34,682 nucleotides of DNA from Candidatus Thiosymbion ectosymbiont of Robbea hypermnestra (GCA_020443945.1 JAIZWN010000676.1:1-34682), one strand, 5' to 3'; positions 26,734 through 34,682 are shown, counted from the first letter of the stretch. Program-made: numbers and translations. Notes: generated from the letters alone by a model not told the origin.

Positions 26734-27337
26734 TCTCTTTCTCCCAGGTGTTTTCCAAGAATTCGACCCACTTTACATCTTTGACATCCACCAGAATACT
26801 TTTGACTCCGGTTATTCTTTTCTCTTTTCCATCTTCCTCGATCCAGGCAGGGTCGACCATAAGAAAATGTCGTTGTTCCGGTTTTGACGGCCATTTAATC
26901 GGCCACCCATATAATCGCCTTTCGTCATTGAAATGCAAAACAACAAATGTTACATTATTCGAGAATGAATCATACCATTCCGATGGAAACGAGGTTTCCC
27001 GTGTTATATTTATAGCCCTGAGAAGTTTATGTATTTTGTCATTGTTAGCAAAGTAGGAGAAGGTGATGCCAAACAGGACGGCAATCAGAATGGAAGCGAT
27101 CAGGGATGAGGATTCATTCCACGGCCAGAGGTTCCAATAGTGACCCAGGGAGACCCATGTATATTCCGTGATGATGACCAATGCCTGGATAAATAGCGTA
27201 AAGATCAAAGCCTGAACTACTCTCTCGAATGGCGAAGGCTTCGGATAAGGTGTCAGGCCATAGAATATCCAGGCCGCAACAAACCCCGGCAACAAGAATT
27301 GCAGGATCGACACTAACTCTTTCGAGATGCCCCCCAT
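26726..27337 (-). CDS. DUF6338-like membrane protein
   Basis: About 3 hydrophobic helices (ILQFLLPGFVAAWIF, VVQALIFTLFIQALV, LIASILIAVLFGITF), then a beta-rich domain (SEW...VVLHF.DERRLYGW...SILV...VKWVEF). Family name is from recognition only. Confidence 0.75.
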   Translation of the reverse strand: MGGISKELVSILQFLLPGFVAAWIFYGLTPYPKPSPFERVVQALIFTLFIQALVIITEYTWVSLGHYWNLWPWNESSSLIASILIAVLFGITFSYFANNDKIHKLLRAINITRETSFPSEWYDSFSNNVTFVVLHFNDERRLYGWPIKWPSKPEQRHFLMVDPAWIEEDGKEKRITGVKSILVDVKDVKWVEFLENTWEKENG

Positions 27338-27532
27338 TTCTTCAATCTTGGCTAACAGCCAAGCTCCATAAGATTATATTCCATCGAGTGCATCATTCCC
27401 CAATAGTATTGTTTCTCCTTTCCGAGCATCTTTTGCCCTTTGCCTGTAATCGTTTAACCGTTCAAACTCCGCCTCGCCACTCCGCAGGGATTGCCGGAAT
27501 CTACCGATACCGGGGAGGCAGCAAACCCTTAA

Positions 27533-27676
27533 TCAGCCATTTTTCTTTGGAGGCGGCGGCGGCGGTGCCGGCCTTATTACATTTTTTGGTGGTGGCGGAT
27601 TGATTCCACTGATTTTATGACGCCGACCACCTGCAGGTGATCTTGGTGGTGGAGGATTCGATGCCTTTTTAGACAT
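27533..27676 (-). CDS. proline-rich basic micropeptide, copy C (47 aa)
   Basis: MSKKASNPPPPRSPAGGRRHKISGINPPPPKNVIRPAPPPPPPKKNG*; GAGAAAGAGA before the ATG. Confidence 0.75.
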   Translation of the reverse strand: MSKKASNPPPPRSPAGGRRHKISGINPPPPKNVIRPAPPPPPPKKNG

Positions 27677-27707
27677 TCTCTTTCTCTTTGGATAAACAGC
27701 GTAGAGA

Positions 27708-27896
27708 TTAAAGCCTGAACCATTCTAATTGCGAAGGCTTCGGATTAAACTCCAATGCCTCTTTAAGAGTAACTTCCAACGTATCTTTTAATTCATCATA
27801 GGTCTTTTCCTGACAATTCACGCCCGGGATTTCTTCAATCCAACCTATCCACCAATCATCTTCTTCCTTGATGACAGCCGTATATTCATGTTTCAT
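27708..27896 (-). CDS. HicB-family antitoxin, possibly C-terminally altered
   Basis: MKHEYTAVIKEEDDWWIGWIEEIPGVNCQEKTYDELKDTLEVTLKEALEFN; no hicA seen next to it. Confidence 0.75.
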   Translation of the reverse strand: MKHEYTAVIKEEDDWWIGWIEEIPGVNCQEKTYDELKDTLEVTLKEALEFNPKPSQLEWFRL

Positions 27897-27940
27897 ATTG
27901 CACCGATTTGAACGGTGTTGGGCATCATGGACCATCCATC

Positions 27941-27981
27941 GATGCGGTTCGCGCCGTCCCTGGCGCTCACCACATCCTACG
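27941..27981. repeat. GTAG-type REP-like element
   Basis: GATGCGGTTCGCGCC..GGCGCTCACCACATCCTACG, homologous to 4647-4732. Confidence 0.65.
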
Positions 27982-27990
27982 GGCTGGGCT

Positions 27991-28062
27991 ATCCACGGAT
28001 TACACAGAGCTTCACAGATTCGTTTGTCTTTCATCTGCGAGAATCTGCGTAATCTGCGGATT
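27991..28062. repeat. CAGATTAC..GTAATCTGCGG palindromic repeat (second copy 34512-34573)
   Basis: ATCCACGGATTACACAGA..TTCACAGAT..ATCTGCGAGAATCTGCGTAATCTGCGGAT imperfect inverted repeat directly after phaC. Confidence 0.7.
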
Positions 28063-28099
28063 CAAAACGTGACCGGAATTCTTGCCGCCGGGATGGTGA

Positions 28100-29197
28100 T
28101 CAGGCGCGCTCGTGCAGCCATTTCGCGATGCCGGGCGCCAGCATTTTCTGGGCCTTGCCGCCGACATAGATGCCGATGTGGCCGGCCGGGATGGCCATTT
28201 CCGTGTAGTCCTTGGTTCCGGCCTTTTCGCCCAGGATTCTCGAGCAGGGCGGCGGTACCAGGTGGTCGGCCGTGGCATAGCAGTTGAGGATCGGCATGGT
28301 GAGGTTGCCCAGGTCGACGCGCTGGTCGCCGATTATTTTCTCGTTCTTGATCAGCTGGTTGTCCCGCAGGAAATCCCGCACGAATTCGCGGTAGGCCTCG
28401 CCGGCGGCGTCCGGGCCGTCGAACAACCATTTTTCCATTCGCAGGAAGTTGAGCATCGCCTTCTCGTTGTCCAGGATGTCCAGCATGTCATGGTACTTGC
28501 CGAAGTTGAGGGCGAAGGGCTTGACCATGAGGAAGGTGAAATTGAGGATATCCGCGGGTACGTTGCCGTAGGCATCGACCATCAGGTCCACATTCACGCC
28601 TTCGCCCCACCGGAAGAGCAGCCCGATATCCGGGTTCTTATCATCCCGGCCGGCATGGAAATCGATGGGGGTGACGGTCAGGATCAGGTTCGCTACTTTG
28701 TCCGGGTGCAAGGCCGAATAGCAGGTGGCGAGGGTGCCGCCCTGACAGATCCCCAGGATATTGACCTTGTCGACGCCGTGACGCTCGCGCAGGAAATCGA
28801 CGCAATTGTCCACATAACCGTTTACATAGTCGTCTACGGTAAGGTACTTGTCCGCCGGCGCGGGATCGCCCCACTCGATCAGATAGGTATCCAGACCCTC
28901 GTTGACCAGGTTGCGCACCATGGAGCGGTCTTCCTGAAGATCGGCCACCAGGTAGCGGTTGACCAGTGCGTAGATGATGATCACCGGGGTTTTGAACAGC
29001 TCTTTCTGCGTCGGCAGATAGTGGTAGAGCTTTATCTTGTCTTCCGTGTAGACGGTTTCCTTGGGCGCGGTGCCGATATCCACGTCCTCGTCCTTGAGCT
29101 TGCTCAGGAAGTCGAGCCCTTTTGTGATCTTGTCGTTGATCTCTTTGAGCTCTTTGACGGCATCCTTGGGCTGGATATCGATGGGTAGTGACAGCAT
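28100..29197 (-). CDS. phaC: class III poly(3-hydroxyalkanoate) synthase, catalytic subunit
   Basis: YALVNRY..DLQ.DRS, GICQGG lipase box, FLRMEKW, ADHLVPP, GHIGIYV; 365 aa; downstream of phaE. Confidence 0.95.
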   Translation of the reverse strand: MLSLPIDIQPKDAVKELKEINDKITKGLDFLSKLKDEDVDIGTAPKETVYTEDKIKLYHYLPTQKELFKTPVIIIYALVNRYLVADLQEDRSMVRNLVNEGLDTYLIEWGDPAPADKYLTVDDYVNGYVDNCVDFLRERHGVDKVNILGICQGGTLATCYSALHPDKVANLILTVTPIDFHAGRDDKNPDIGLLFRWGEGVNVDLMVDAYGNVPADILNFTFLMVKPFALNFGKYHDMLDILDNEKAMLNFLRMEKWLFDGPDAAGEAYREFVRDFLRDNQLIKNEKIIGDQRVDLGNLTMPILNCYATADHLVPPPCSRILGEKAGTKDYTEMAIPAGHIGIYVGGKAQKMLAPGIAKWLHERA

Positions 29198-29242
29198 GAA
29201 TCTTCTCCGACAGGGGGTGGTTGCGCTGGAAGGTGCGTGACT

Positions 29243-30439
29243 TCAGGTAGTAGGCTCGGTACGGGCCGCCGTTTTTCTGCGAACGGGTGTCTTTTTCACG
29301 ACCTTTTTCGTCTCTACCTGTTTGATCGCGTTCGGGACCACCGATTTGGTTTCTTCCGTCCCGGCTTCCATCGCCGGCGCGGGCGGTTCGTGCACAACCT
29401 TTTTCTCGGCCTGCTCGCGCACGGTCTTTTTCAGCGCCTTGACCTCCTTGCGCAATTCGTACAGGGTCTTGTAGGCGTCGTCGAGTTCGCTCCGGGTCGG
29501 CAGGTTCAGGGGCTTTAAGACCATTTCGAGCACGTCTTGCTGCATGATCTTGAAGGTCATGCCGGTCGAGGACAATTCGCGCTGTACCTTCAGGTATCCA
29601 CCGGAGACGTACATCTCGCTGAAGACCTTGTCGGCGGATTCGAGCCACAGGCGATTCAGCTCCCGCACGCTCTGGACCTTCTCGCCCTTCCGGCTCTTCT
29701 CCACCAGGGTGGCCATCACGGCCTCCACCGCCTTGTTCAGGGCCTCGCCCGTCATCTTGTTGAACTCGAGCATGGCGTTGCGCAGATCGACGAAGGCATC
29801 GAAGGCCCGCAGGAGCTTCGCCTGGTGTTCCCGGGTGACGCCGACGCTGGGAATCTCGGCAAGATCGGCGAAGGGCGCATACGGGGCGCCATCCTGTCCC
29901 ATGGAGAGGAGACGACTCAGCCCCGCGGAGCCTCCCAGCATCATTTCCCCCAGATGTCCGCTGCCGGTGGCCGTGACCATCGAGGACATCCAGGGTTTCA
30001 GCAAGGGTCCCCACTCGCTCAGGTAGGACTGCCAGAGGCTCTGGGTATCCTTGGACAGATCGAGCAGGCCATCGGAGGCCCCGGTCAGCTGCTGAAACCA
30101 GTTGGTGGTAAAGCCGGCGAGCGGTGACCGCCAATCCTGGCCGGTATCCAGCTTGGGGGCAACCATCTGCCAGGCCCGGGTCAAGAGTTCCAGGCTGCGC
30201 ATCATGGAGAATTGGCTGCCGAAGACCTGATGGCCGGCATCCCGCGCCACGCCCATCGGGTCCGTCCAGGACGACATGGACTGCTGAAACCAGTCCATGG
30301 GGTTCATCGAGAAGGGCTGTGGTTTCGGTTGGGCACCGACGGCGCGCCCGGCAAGATCCTGCCAGCTGTTCCAGACATTCTTCTGAGCCTCGGTCCAGGT
30401 CTTGAGCATTTGCTCGGCCTGTTCGGTCCAATCCGCCAT
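29243..30439 (-). CDS. phaE: class III PHA synthase subunit PhaE
   Basis: PSVGVTREHQ, LNRLW...AD, LNLPTRSELDDAYKTLYELRKEVK; AGGAGG ribosome-binding site. Confidence 0.9.
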   Translation of the reverse strand: MADWTEQAEQMLKTWTEAQKNVWNSWQDLAGRAVGAQPKPQPFSMNPMDWFQQSMSSWTDPMGVARDAGHQVFGSQFSMMRSLELLTRAWQMVAPKLDTGQDWRSPLAGFTTNWFQQLTGASDGLLDLSKDTQSLWQSYLSEWGPLLKPWMSSMVTATGSGHLGEMMLGGSAGLSRLLSMGQDGAPYAPFADLAEIPSVGVTREHQAKLLRAFDAFVDLRNAMLEFNKMTGEALNKAVEAVMATLVEKSRKGEKVQSVRELNRLWLESADKVFSEMYVSGGYLKVQRELSSTGMTFKIMQQDVLEMVLKPLNLPTRSELDDAYKTLYELRKEVKALKKTVREQAEKKVVHEPPAPAMEAGTEETKSVVPNAIKQVETKKVVKKTPVRRKTAARTEPTT

Positions 30440-30826
30440 CGGATTCCTCCTAATAAAGTGATTGTTAATATTCTAATCAAGCGAATTATTCATATAACGA
30501 CCCACCCACCGTTCGCGGTGATAAAGGCGGAACACGCCGGCGCGTCATTAGGAATAGAGGCTCGAAACAAGCGGTTATTTATACTACAGCGCCGAGCGGC
30601 CTGCAACACGGCGGAATCGGGGGCTACCGAATGAGCAAGACGGCGGGCGGGGTGATCGATCACGATGAGGCGGCGGCCCCGAATCGGGGGGCGCGTGCTT
30701 ATTGCAGAAGATTTGCGATCTGCTAATCTTTACACGCGACCTGCGGGTTCGGAACCTCTCCGCGAGCGCGAGCCCTATTCCCGCAGGGGCCTTATTCACC
30801 CAAATAAAAATGTCAGGAGGTACGGA

Positions 30827-31621
30827 GTGGAAGTAAAAGGCAGTGTAGTCGTGATCACGGGCGGCGGGACCGGCATCGGCGCCGCCGTGGCGAAAAACCT
30901 GGCCGAGGACAAAGCCAAGGTCGTACTTGCCGGTCGGCGTATCGAGCGCCTGGAGCAAACGGTCAAGGAGATCAAGGAGGCGGGCGGCGAGGCCATCGCG
31001 GTGCAGACCGATGTCACCAAAGAGGAAGACCAGAGCGCGCTGATGGACAAGGCGCTCGAGACCTTCGGCTCCCTGGACGTGGTTCTGGCCAACGCGGGGC
31101 GCTTCAACGACAGCCTGATGATCAATACCGACAAGGCCACCGGCAAGGTCAAGAACGTCATGACCACCGAGCAGTTCAAGTCGGTAGTGGATACCAACCT
31201 CATCGGCACCTTCCTCACCCTGCGCGAGGCCGCCCGGCGGATGGCCGACAGCGGTAAGGAGGGCCTGCTGCTGATTACCTCCTCGATCAACAGCACCGGC
31301 CAGATCGGCCAGCTCAACTACTCCTCCACCAAGGTCGCCCTCACCCTGTGGCCCAAGATCCTGGTGGGCGAGTTTCACCTGAAACACCTGCCGATCCGGG
31401 TCGTCGGCGTCTCACCGGGCTACACGGCCACGGAAATCCTCAAGGGCATGAACGAAACGGCCCTGGAGGTGATCCTCAAGGATGTCCACGTGGGCCATCT
31501 GGTCGAGCCGGAAGAGCTCGCCGGCACCATCAAGCACGTCATTTCCAACGACTCGATCGACGGCACCACCATCGAGGTGACCGGCGGTCTGGTCTACGGA
31601 CCGCGGGCGCGGGCGAAATAG
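30827..31621 (+). CDS. short-chain dehydrogenase, probable 3-oxoacyl/acetoacetyl-CoA reductase (PhaB/FabG-like)
   Basis: ITGGGTGIG, ANAG, GQIGQLNYSSTK, VSPGYT; GTG start after AGGAGG (30815-30820); divergent from phaEC. Confidence 0.85.
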   Translation: MEVKGSVVVITGGGTGIGAAVAKNLAEDKAKVVLAGRRIERLEQTVKEIKEAGGEAIAVQTDVTKEEDQSALMDKALETFGSLDVVLANAGRFNDSLMINTDKATGKVKNVMTTEQFKSVVDTNLIGTFLTLREAARRMADSGKEGLLLITSSINSTGQIGQLNYSSTKVALTLWPKILVGEFHLKHLPIRVVGVSPGYTATEILKGMNETALEVILKDVHVGHLVEPEELAGTIKHVISNDSIDGTTIEVTGGLVYGPRARAK

Positions 31622-31659
31622 CCTCGACGGAAAACAAGAAGAACACGCAAGACCAAATT

Positions 31660-31695
31660 ACGCCGCCGCCTCGCCAGGCGGCGGCGTTTTTTTTT
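31660..31695 (+). terminator. intrinsic terminator
   Basis: ACGCCGCCGCCT-CGCC-AGGCGGCGGCGT 12-bp stem followed by a T run. Confidence 0.9.
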
Positions 31696-31847
31696 GCGGG
31701 AACCGGTAAAAAGTTTTGCGTCCCGCGCGTCTTTGCGGTTCTATTGGCGATGGACAAGGTTTTCGTTCACTCGGCGCGGGGGTACCGACCTCCGCAAGAC
31801 CTGGCGGTCAGGAACAGGGACCCCTATTGCATCGGGGAGAATCGCGC

Positions 31848-32495
31848 ATGATTAAGATCCTCCTGGTCGACGACCACAAGCTGGTACGAACCGGTATTCG
31901 CCATATCCTGAAGGAGGTCGGGGATATGACCGTGGTGGGCGAGGCGGCGGACGGGGACTCGGCCCTGAAGCTGGCCGGTGATACCACCCCGGACGTGGTG
32001 CTCATGGATGTCAAGATGCCGGGGATGGGGGGTATCGAGACGACCCGGCGCATGGTCCGCCGGCTGCCGGACGTCAAGGTAATCGCGCTCACGGTGCTCG
32101 ACGACGCCCCCTTTCCGACCTGTCTGCGCGAGGCCGGCGCGGTGGGTTATCTGACGAAGGGCTGTCCCGCCGAGGAGATGATCGAGGCGATCCGCTCGGT
32201 CGTCAGTGGTTCTCCCTACGTGGCCGTGAGTATCGCCCGCAGGTATATGTTGGCGGGTTGGCGCGGGGTCCATGCCGCCACGACCCCGTTCGAGGAGTTG
32301 TCCCCCCGTGAGCTGGAGGTGGCCATGATGGTCCTGGACGGCCAGCGCACCGGGGAGATCTCCAACCGCCTTTCCCTGAGCCCGAAGACGATCAGCACCT
32401 ACCGCCAGCGCATTTACGGGAAGCTCCAGGTGAGTACGGATGTGGGTCTGACGCGGCTGGCTCTGCGCCATGGTCTGATCGAGGAGGATGCCTGA
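31848..32495 (+). CDS. uvrY: UvrY/GacA-family response regulator
   Basis: ILLVDDH, VLMDVKMPGMGG, GYLTKG, LSPRE...LSPKTISTYR LuxR-type HTH; directly upstream of uvrC. Confidence 0.9.
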   Translation: MIKILLVDDHKLVRTGIRHILKEVGDMTVVGEAADGDSALKLAGDTTPDVVLMDVKMPGMGGIETTRRMVRRLPDVKVIALTVLDDAPFPTCLREAGAVGYLTKGCPAEEMIEAIRSVVSGSPYVAVSIARRYMLAGWRGVHAATTPFEELSPRELEVAMMVLDGQRTGEISNRLSLSPKTISTYRQRIYGKLQVSTDVGLTRLALRHGLIEEDA

Positions 32496-32551
32496 GCGGC
32501 CCGGATGTCCCGGATTGTGCGGGCATGGCCCCGTAGCCGTAGAGACGACGG

Positions 32552-34375
32552 ATGGCGATTCCCGATCCGCGTCGGCTTCTGAAGCAGATCCCATCGCGTC
32601 CGGGCGTCTACCGGATGTTGGACGCGGCGGGAAAGGTCCTGTACGTCGGCAAGGCCAAGGACCTCCGGCGGCGGGTGGCGAGCTACTTTTCCCGCTCGCT
32701 GAACCAGCGTCTGCAGGCGATGGTCGCGCAGATCGCGGACCTCGAGCTCACCGTAACCCGCACGGAAGGGGAGGCCCTGCTCCTGGAGAGCAACCTCATC
32801 AAGTCCCTGCGGCCCCGGTATAACGTCCTGCTCAGGGACGATAAGAGCTATCCCTATATCCGACTGACGGTAAGCGACGAGTTTCCCAGGCTCGCCTTCT
32901 ACCGTGGCCCCCGTACCGGGAACGACCGCCGGTTCGGGCCCTACCCGAGCGCCGGGGCGGTGCGCGAGACCATGCAGCTGCTCCAGAAGCTGTTTCCGGT
33001 CCGCCAGTGCGAGGATAGCTTCTTCCGCAACCGCTCCCGTCCGTGTCTGCAATACCAGATCAAGCGTTGCGGCGGTCCCTGCGTCGGTCTGGTGACTGCG
33101 GAGGACTACGCGGACGATGTGGACCACACCATCAAGTTTCTGGAAGGGCGCGCAGACGAGGTGGTCGAGGCGCTCGCACAGCGCATGGAGCAGGCGTCCG
33201 GGTCCCTGGCGTTCGAGCAGGCGGCGGTGCTGCGGGACCAGATCGCGACCCTGCGCCGCATCCAGCAGCGTCAGTTCGTGAGCGGGGAGGGCGGGGATCT
33301 GGATATCGTCGCCTGCGTGCAGGAGGGGGGGCTGACCTGCGTGCAGGTCTTCTTTATCCGCGCCGGCCGTAACCTGGGCAACAAGACCTTCTTTCCCAAG
33401 GCGCCGGAGGGGATGGACGGCCCCGGCGTGATCGGGGCCTTTCTCGCCCAGTTCTACGCCGACAAGGAGATCCCGCCACAACTTCTGGTGAGCCCGGACC
33501 CGGAGGATCGGGACCTGCTGGAGCGCGCCTTCAGCGAGCAGTCCGGGCGGCGGGTGGAGCTCCGGGCGCGGGTGCGTTCGGAGCGGGCGCGGTGGCTGGA
33601 GATGGCCCGCGGCAATGCGATGCTGGCGCTCAAGTCCCGGCTCGGCAGCCAGACCGGCTATGGGCAACGCCTGGAGGCCCTGCGCGAGGCCCTGGGGCTC
33701 GCCGAGCTACCGGAGCGTATGGAGTGCTTCGATGTCAGCCATACCGGGGGCGAGCGGACCGTGGCCTCCTGCGTGGTGTTCGACGGGGAGGGCCCCCGCA
33801 AAGCGGACTACCGGCGCTTCAATATCGAGGGGGTCACCCCGGGCGACGACTATGCCGCCCTCCGGCAGGCCCTGCTCCGCCGCTACACCCGGATCACGCA
33901 GGGGGAGTATCCGCATCCGGACCTCCTGTTCATCGACGGCGGACGCGGCCAGCTGGGCTCGGTCCGGGAGGCCCTGGAAGAAGCGGCGGTCTCGGGGGTC
34001 ACCCTGGTCGGCGTCGCCAAGGGCCCGGACCGCCGGCCCGGCGCCGAGCAGCTCTGGTTGTCCGGCCGGAATACGGCCATTATACTCCCGAGCGATTCGC
34101 CGGCGATGCATCTGGTGCAGCAAATCCGGGACGAGGCGCATCGGTTCGCCATCACCGGACACCGTAAGCGGCGCGCCAAGGCGCGGACCCGCTCCGTGTT
34201 GGAAGAGATCCCCGGCGTGGGCCCCAAGCGTCGCCGGCACCTGTTGCGCCGGCTCGGCGGCCTACAAGGTCTGGCCCGGGCCGGGGTGGAGGACATCGCC
34301 CAGGTTACGGGCATCAGTCGCGCGCTGGCGCAACGGATCTACGATGCCTTTCACCAGGCATCCCCCCTGGCATGA
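32552..34375 (+). CDS. uvrC: excinuclease ABC subunit C
   Basis: PGVY..LYVGKAKDL GIY-YIG region, DDKSYPY, C..F.NRSRPCLQYQIKRC, ECFDVSH, IDGGRGQ, RDEAHRFA, C-terminal HhH. Confidence 0.98.
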   Translation: MAIPDPRRLLKQIPSRPGVYRMLDAAGKVLYVGKAKDLRRRVASYFSRSLNQRLQAMVAQIADLELTVTRTEGEALLLESNLIKSLRPRYNVLLRDDKSYPYIRLTVSDEFPRLAFYRGPRTGNDRRFGPYPSAGAVRETMQLLQKLFPVRQCEDSFFRNRSRPCLQYQIKRCGGPCVGLVTAEDYADDVDHTIKFLEGRADEVVEALAQRMEQASGSLAFEQAAVLRDQIATLRRIQQRQFVSGEGGDLDIVACVQEGGLTCVQVFFIRAGRNLGNKTFFPKAPEGMDGPGVIGAFLAQFYADKEIPPQLLVSPDPEDRDLLERAFSEQSGRRVELRARVRSERARWLEMARGNAMLALKSRLGSQTGYGQRLEALREALGLAELPERMECFDVSHTGGERTVASCVVFDGEGPRKADYRRFNIEGVTPGDDYAALRQALLRRYTRITQGEYPHPDLLFIDGGRGQLGSVREALEEAAVSGVTLVGVAKGPDRRPGAEQLWLSGRNTAIILPSDSPAMHLVQQIRDEAHRFAITGHRKRRAKARTRSVLEEIPGVGPKRRRHLLRRLGGLQGLARAGVEDIAQVTGISRALAQRIYDAFHQASPLA

Positions 34376-34511
34376 CCGTATGCGCTTTCCGGGACCGGGG
34401 CCTCGCCCGTCGTTGGTCGACACATACCCCTCGCCCGTTCCCGAGCCGGTGGTGTCTTAGCTTCGTGGTTTCCGGGATTCAGCGTAGAGACCTGCCCTCA
34501 CCGTCATTGTT

Positions 34512-34573
34512 ATTCGCAGATTACGCCGATTTTCACGGATTATTGCGTTTTTTCATCGGCGAGAATCTGCGGC
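34512..34573. repeat. second copy of the CAGATTAC palindromic repeat
   Basis: ATTCGCAGATTACGCCGATTTTCACGGAT..TTTCATCGGCGAGAATCTGCGG aligns by eye with 27991-28062. Confidence 0.65.
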
Positions 34574-34682
34574 TAGTGGTAAATTTTAGGACCTATATAC
34601 ATAGTTAGTGCCCCGTTTCACCTTATTTTTCGCTCTCAGCGCGGCGAGAAGCGGCCAGCCGCGAGGCGCGTGAGCGCAGGAA

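Noticed and set aside
26281-27700. Repeats in the island as a CRISPR array or pure DNA repeat
   Set aside because: Units are long, irregularly spaced and degenerate at third codon positions. There is no constant repeat-spacer period and no cas gene. Paralogous peptide genes explain them better.
28112-30431. Long alternative ORFs (28112-29188 +, 28641-30431 -)
   Set aside because: They are antisense or off-frame shadows of phaC/phaE caused by high GC codon bias, with no recognisable motifs.
30688-30706. Possible sigma-54 promoter upstream of the SDR
   Set aside because: GG to GC spacing is 11 nt rather than the required 10.
32414-34460. ORFs overlapping uvrC on either strand
   Set aside because: Shadow frames of a conserved GC-rich gene.
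1-34682. tRNA, rRNA, transposase or integrase genes
   Set aside because: No such motifs were recognised by eye in any intergenic region or ORF.

Overview
GC-rich gammaproteobacterial chromosome segment. The class III phaEC, uvrY-uvrC and dense intergenic palindromes are compatible with Chromatiales, but that taxonomy is inference only. From left to right: (1) 1-11.2 kb, minus strand: a nucleotide-sugar cluster (B12 radical SAM, HddA-like kinase, GDP-fucose-synthase-like reductase, split transketolase, ColD/E1-type PLP dehydratase, HddC, GmhA, epimerase, LhgO-like oxidase) followed by a TIR-like gene. (2) 11.3-17.8 kb: a co-oriented SAM by-product salvage operon (aldolase/SDR fusion, GT2 glycosyltransferase, mtnP, apt, mtnA, epimerase). 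(3) 17.8-18.9 kb: small accessory genes with deletion scars (intact TIR, truncated TIR, aspartic-protease remnant). (4) carA, bactofilin, dihydrolipoyl-dehydrogenase-like gene, and an SCP2-type thiolase plus OB-fold pair. (5) 25-28.1 kb: an AT-richer toxin-antitoxin island with a DUF6338-like membrane protein surrounded by three paralogous proline-rich basic micropeptide genes that the ORF track does not call as such. (6) phaC, phaE, an SDR, uvrY, uvrC. Strongest leads: the DUF6338-like/Pro-rich micropeptide array, the salvage operon interleaved with glycosylation genes, and a two-subunit thiolase beside phaEC. All family calls come from motif recognition; no database search was run.
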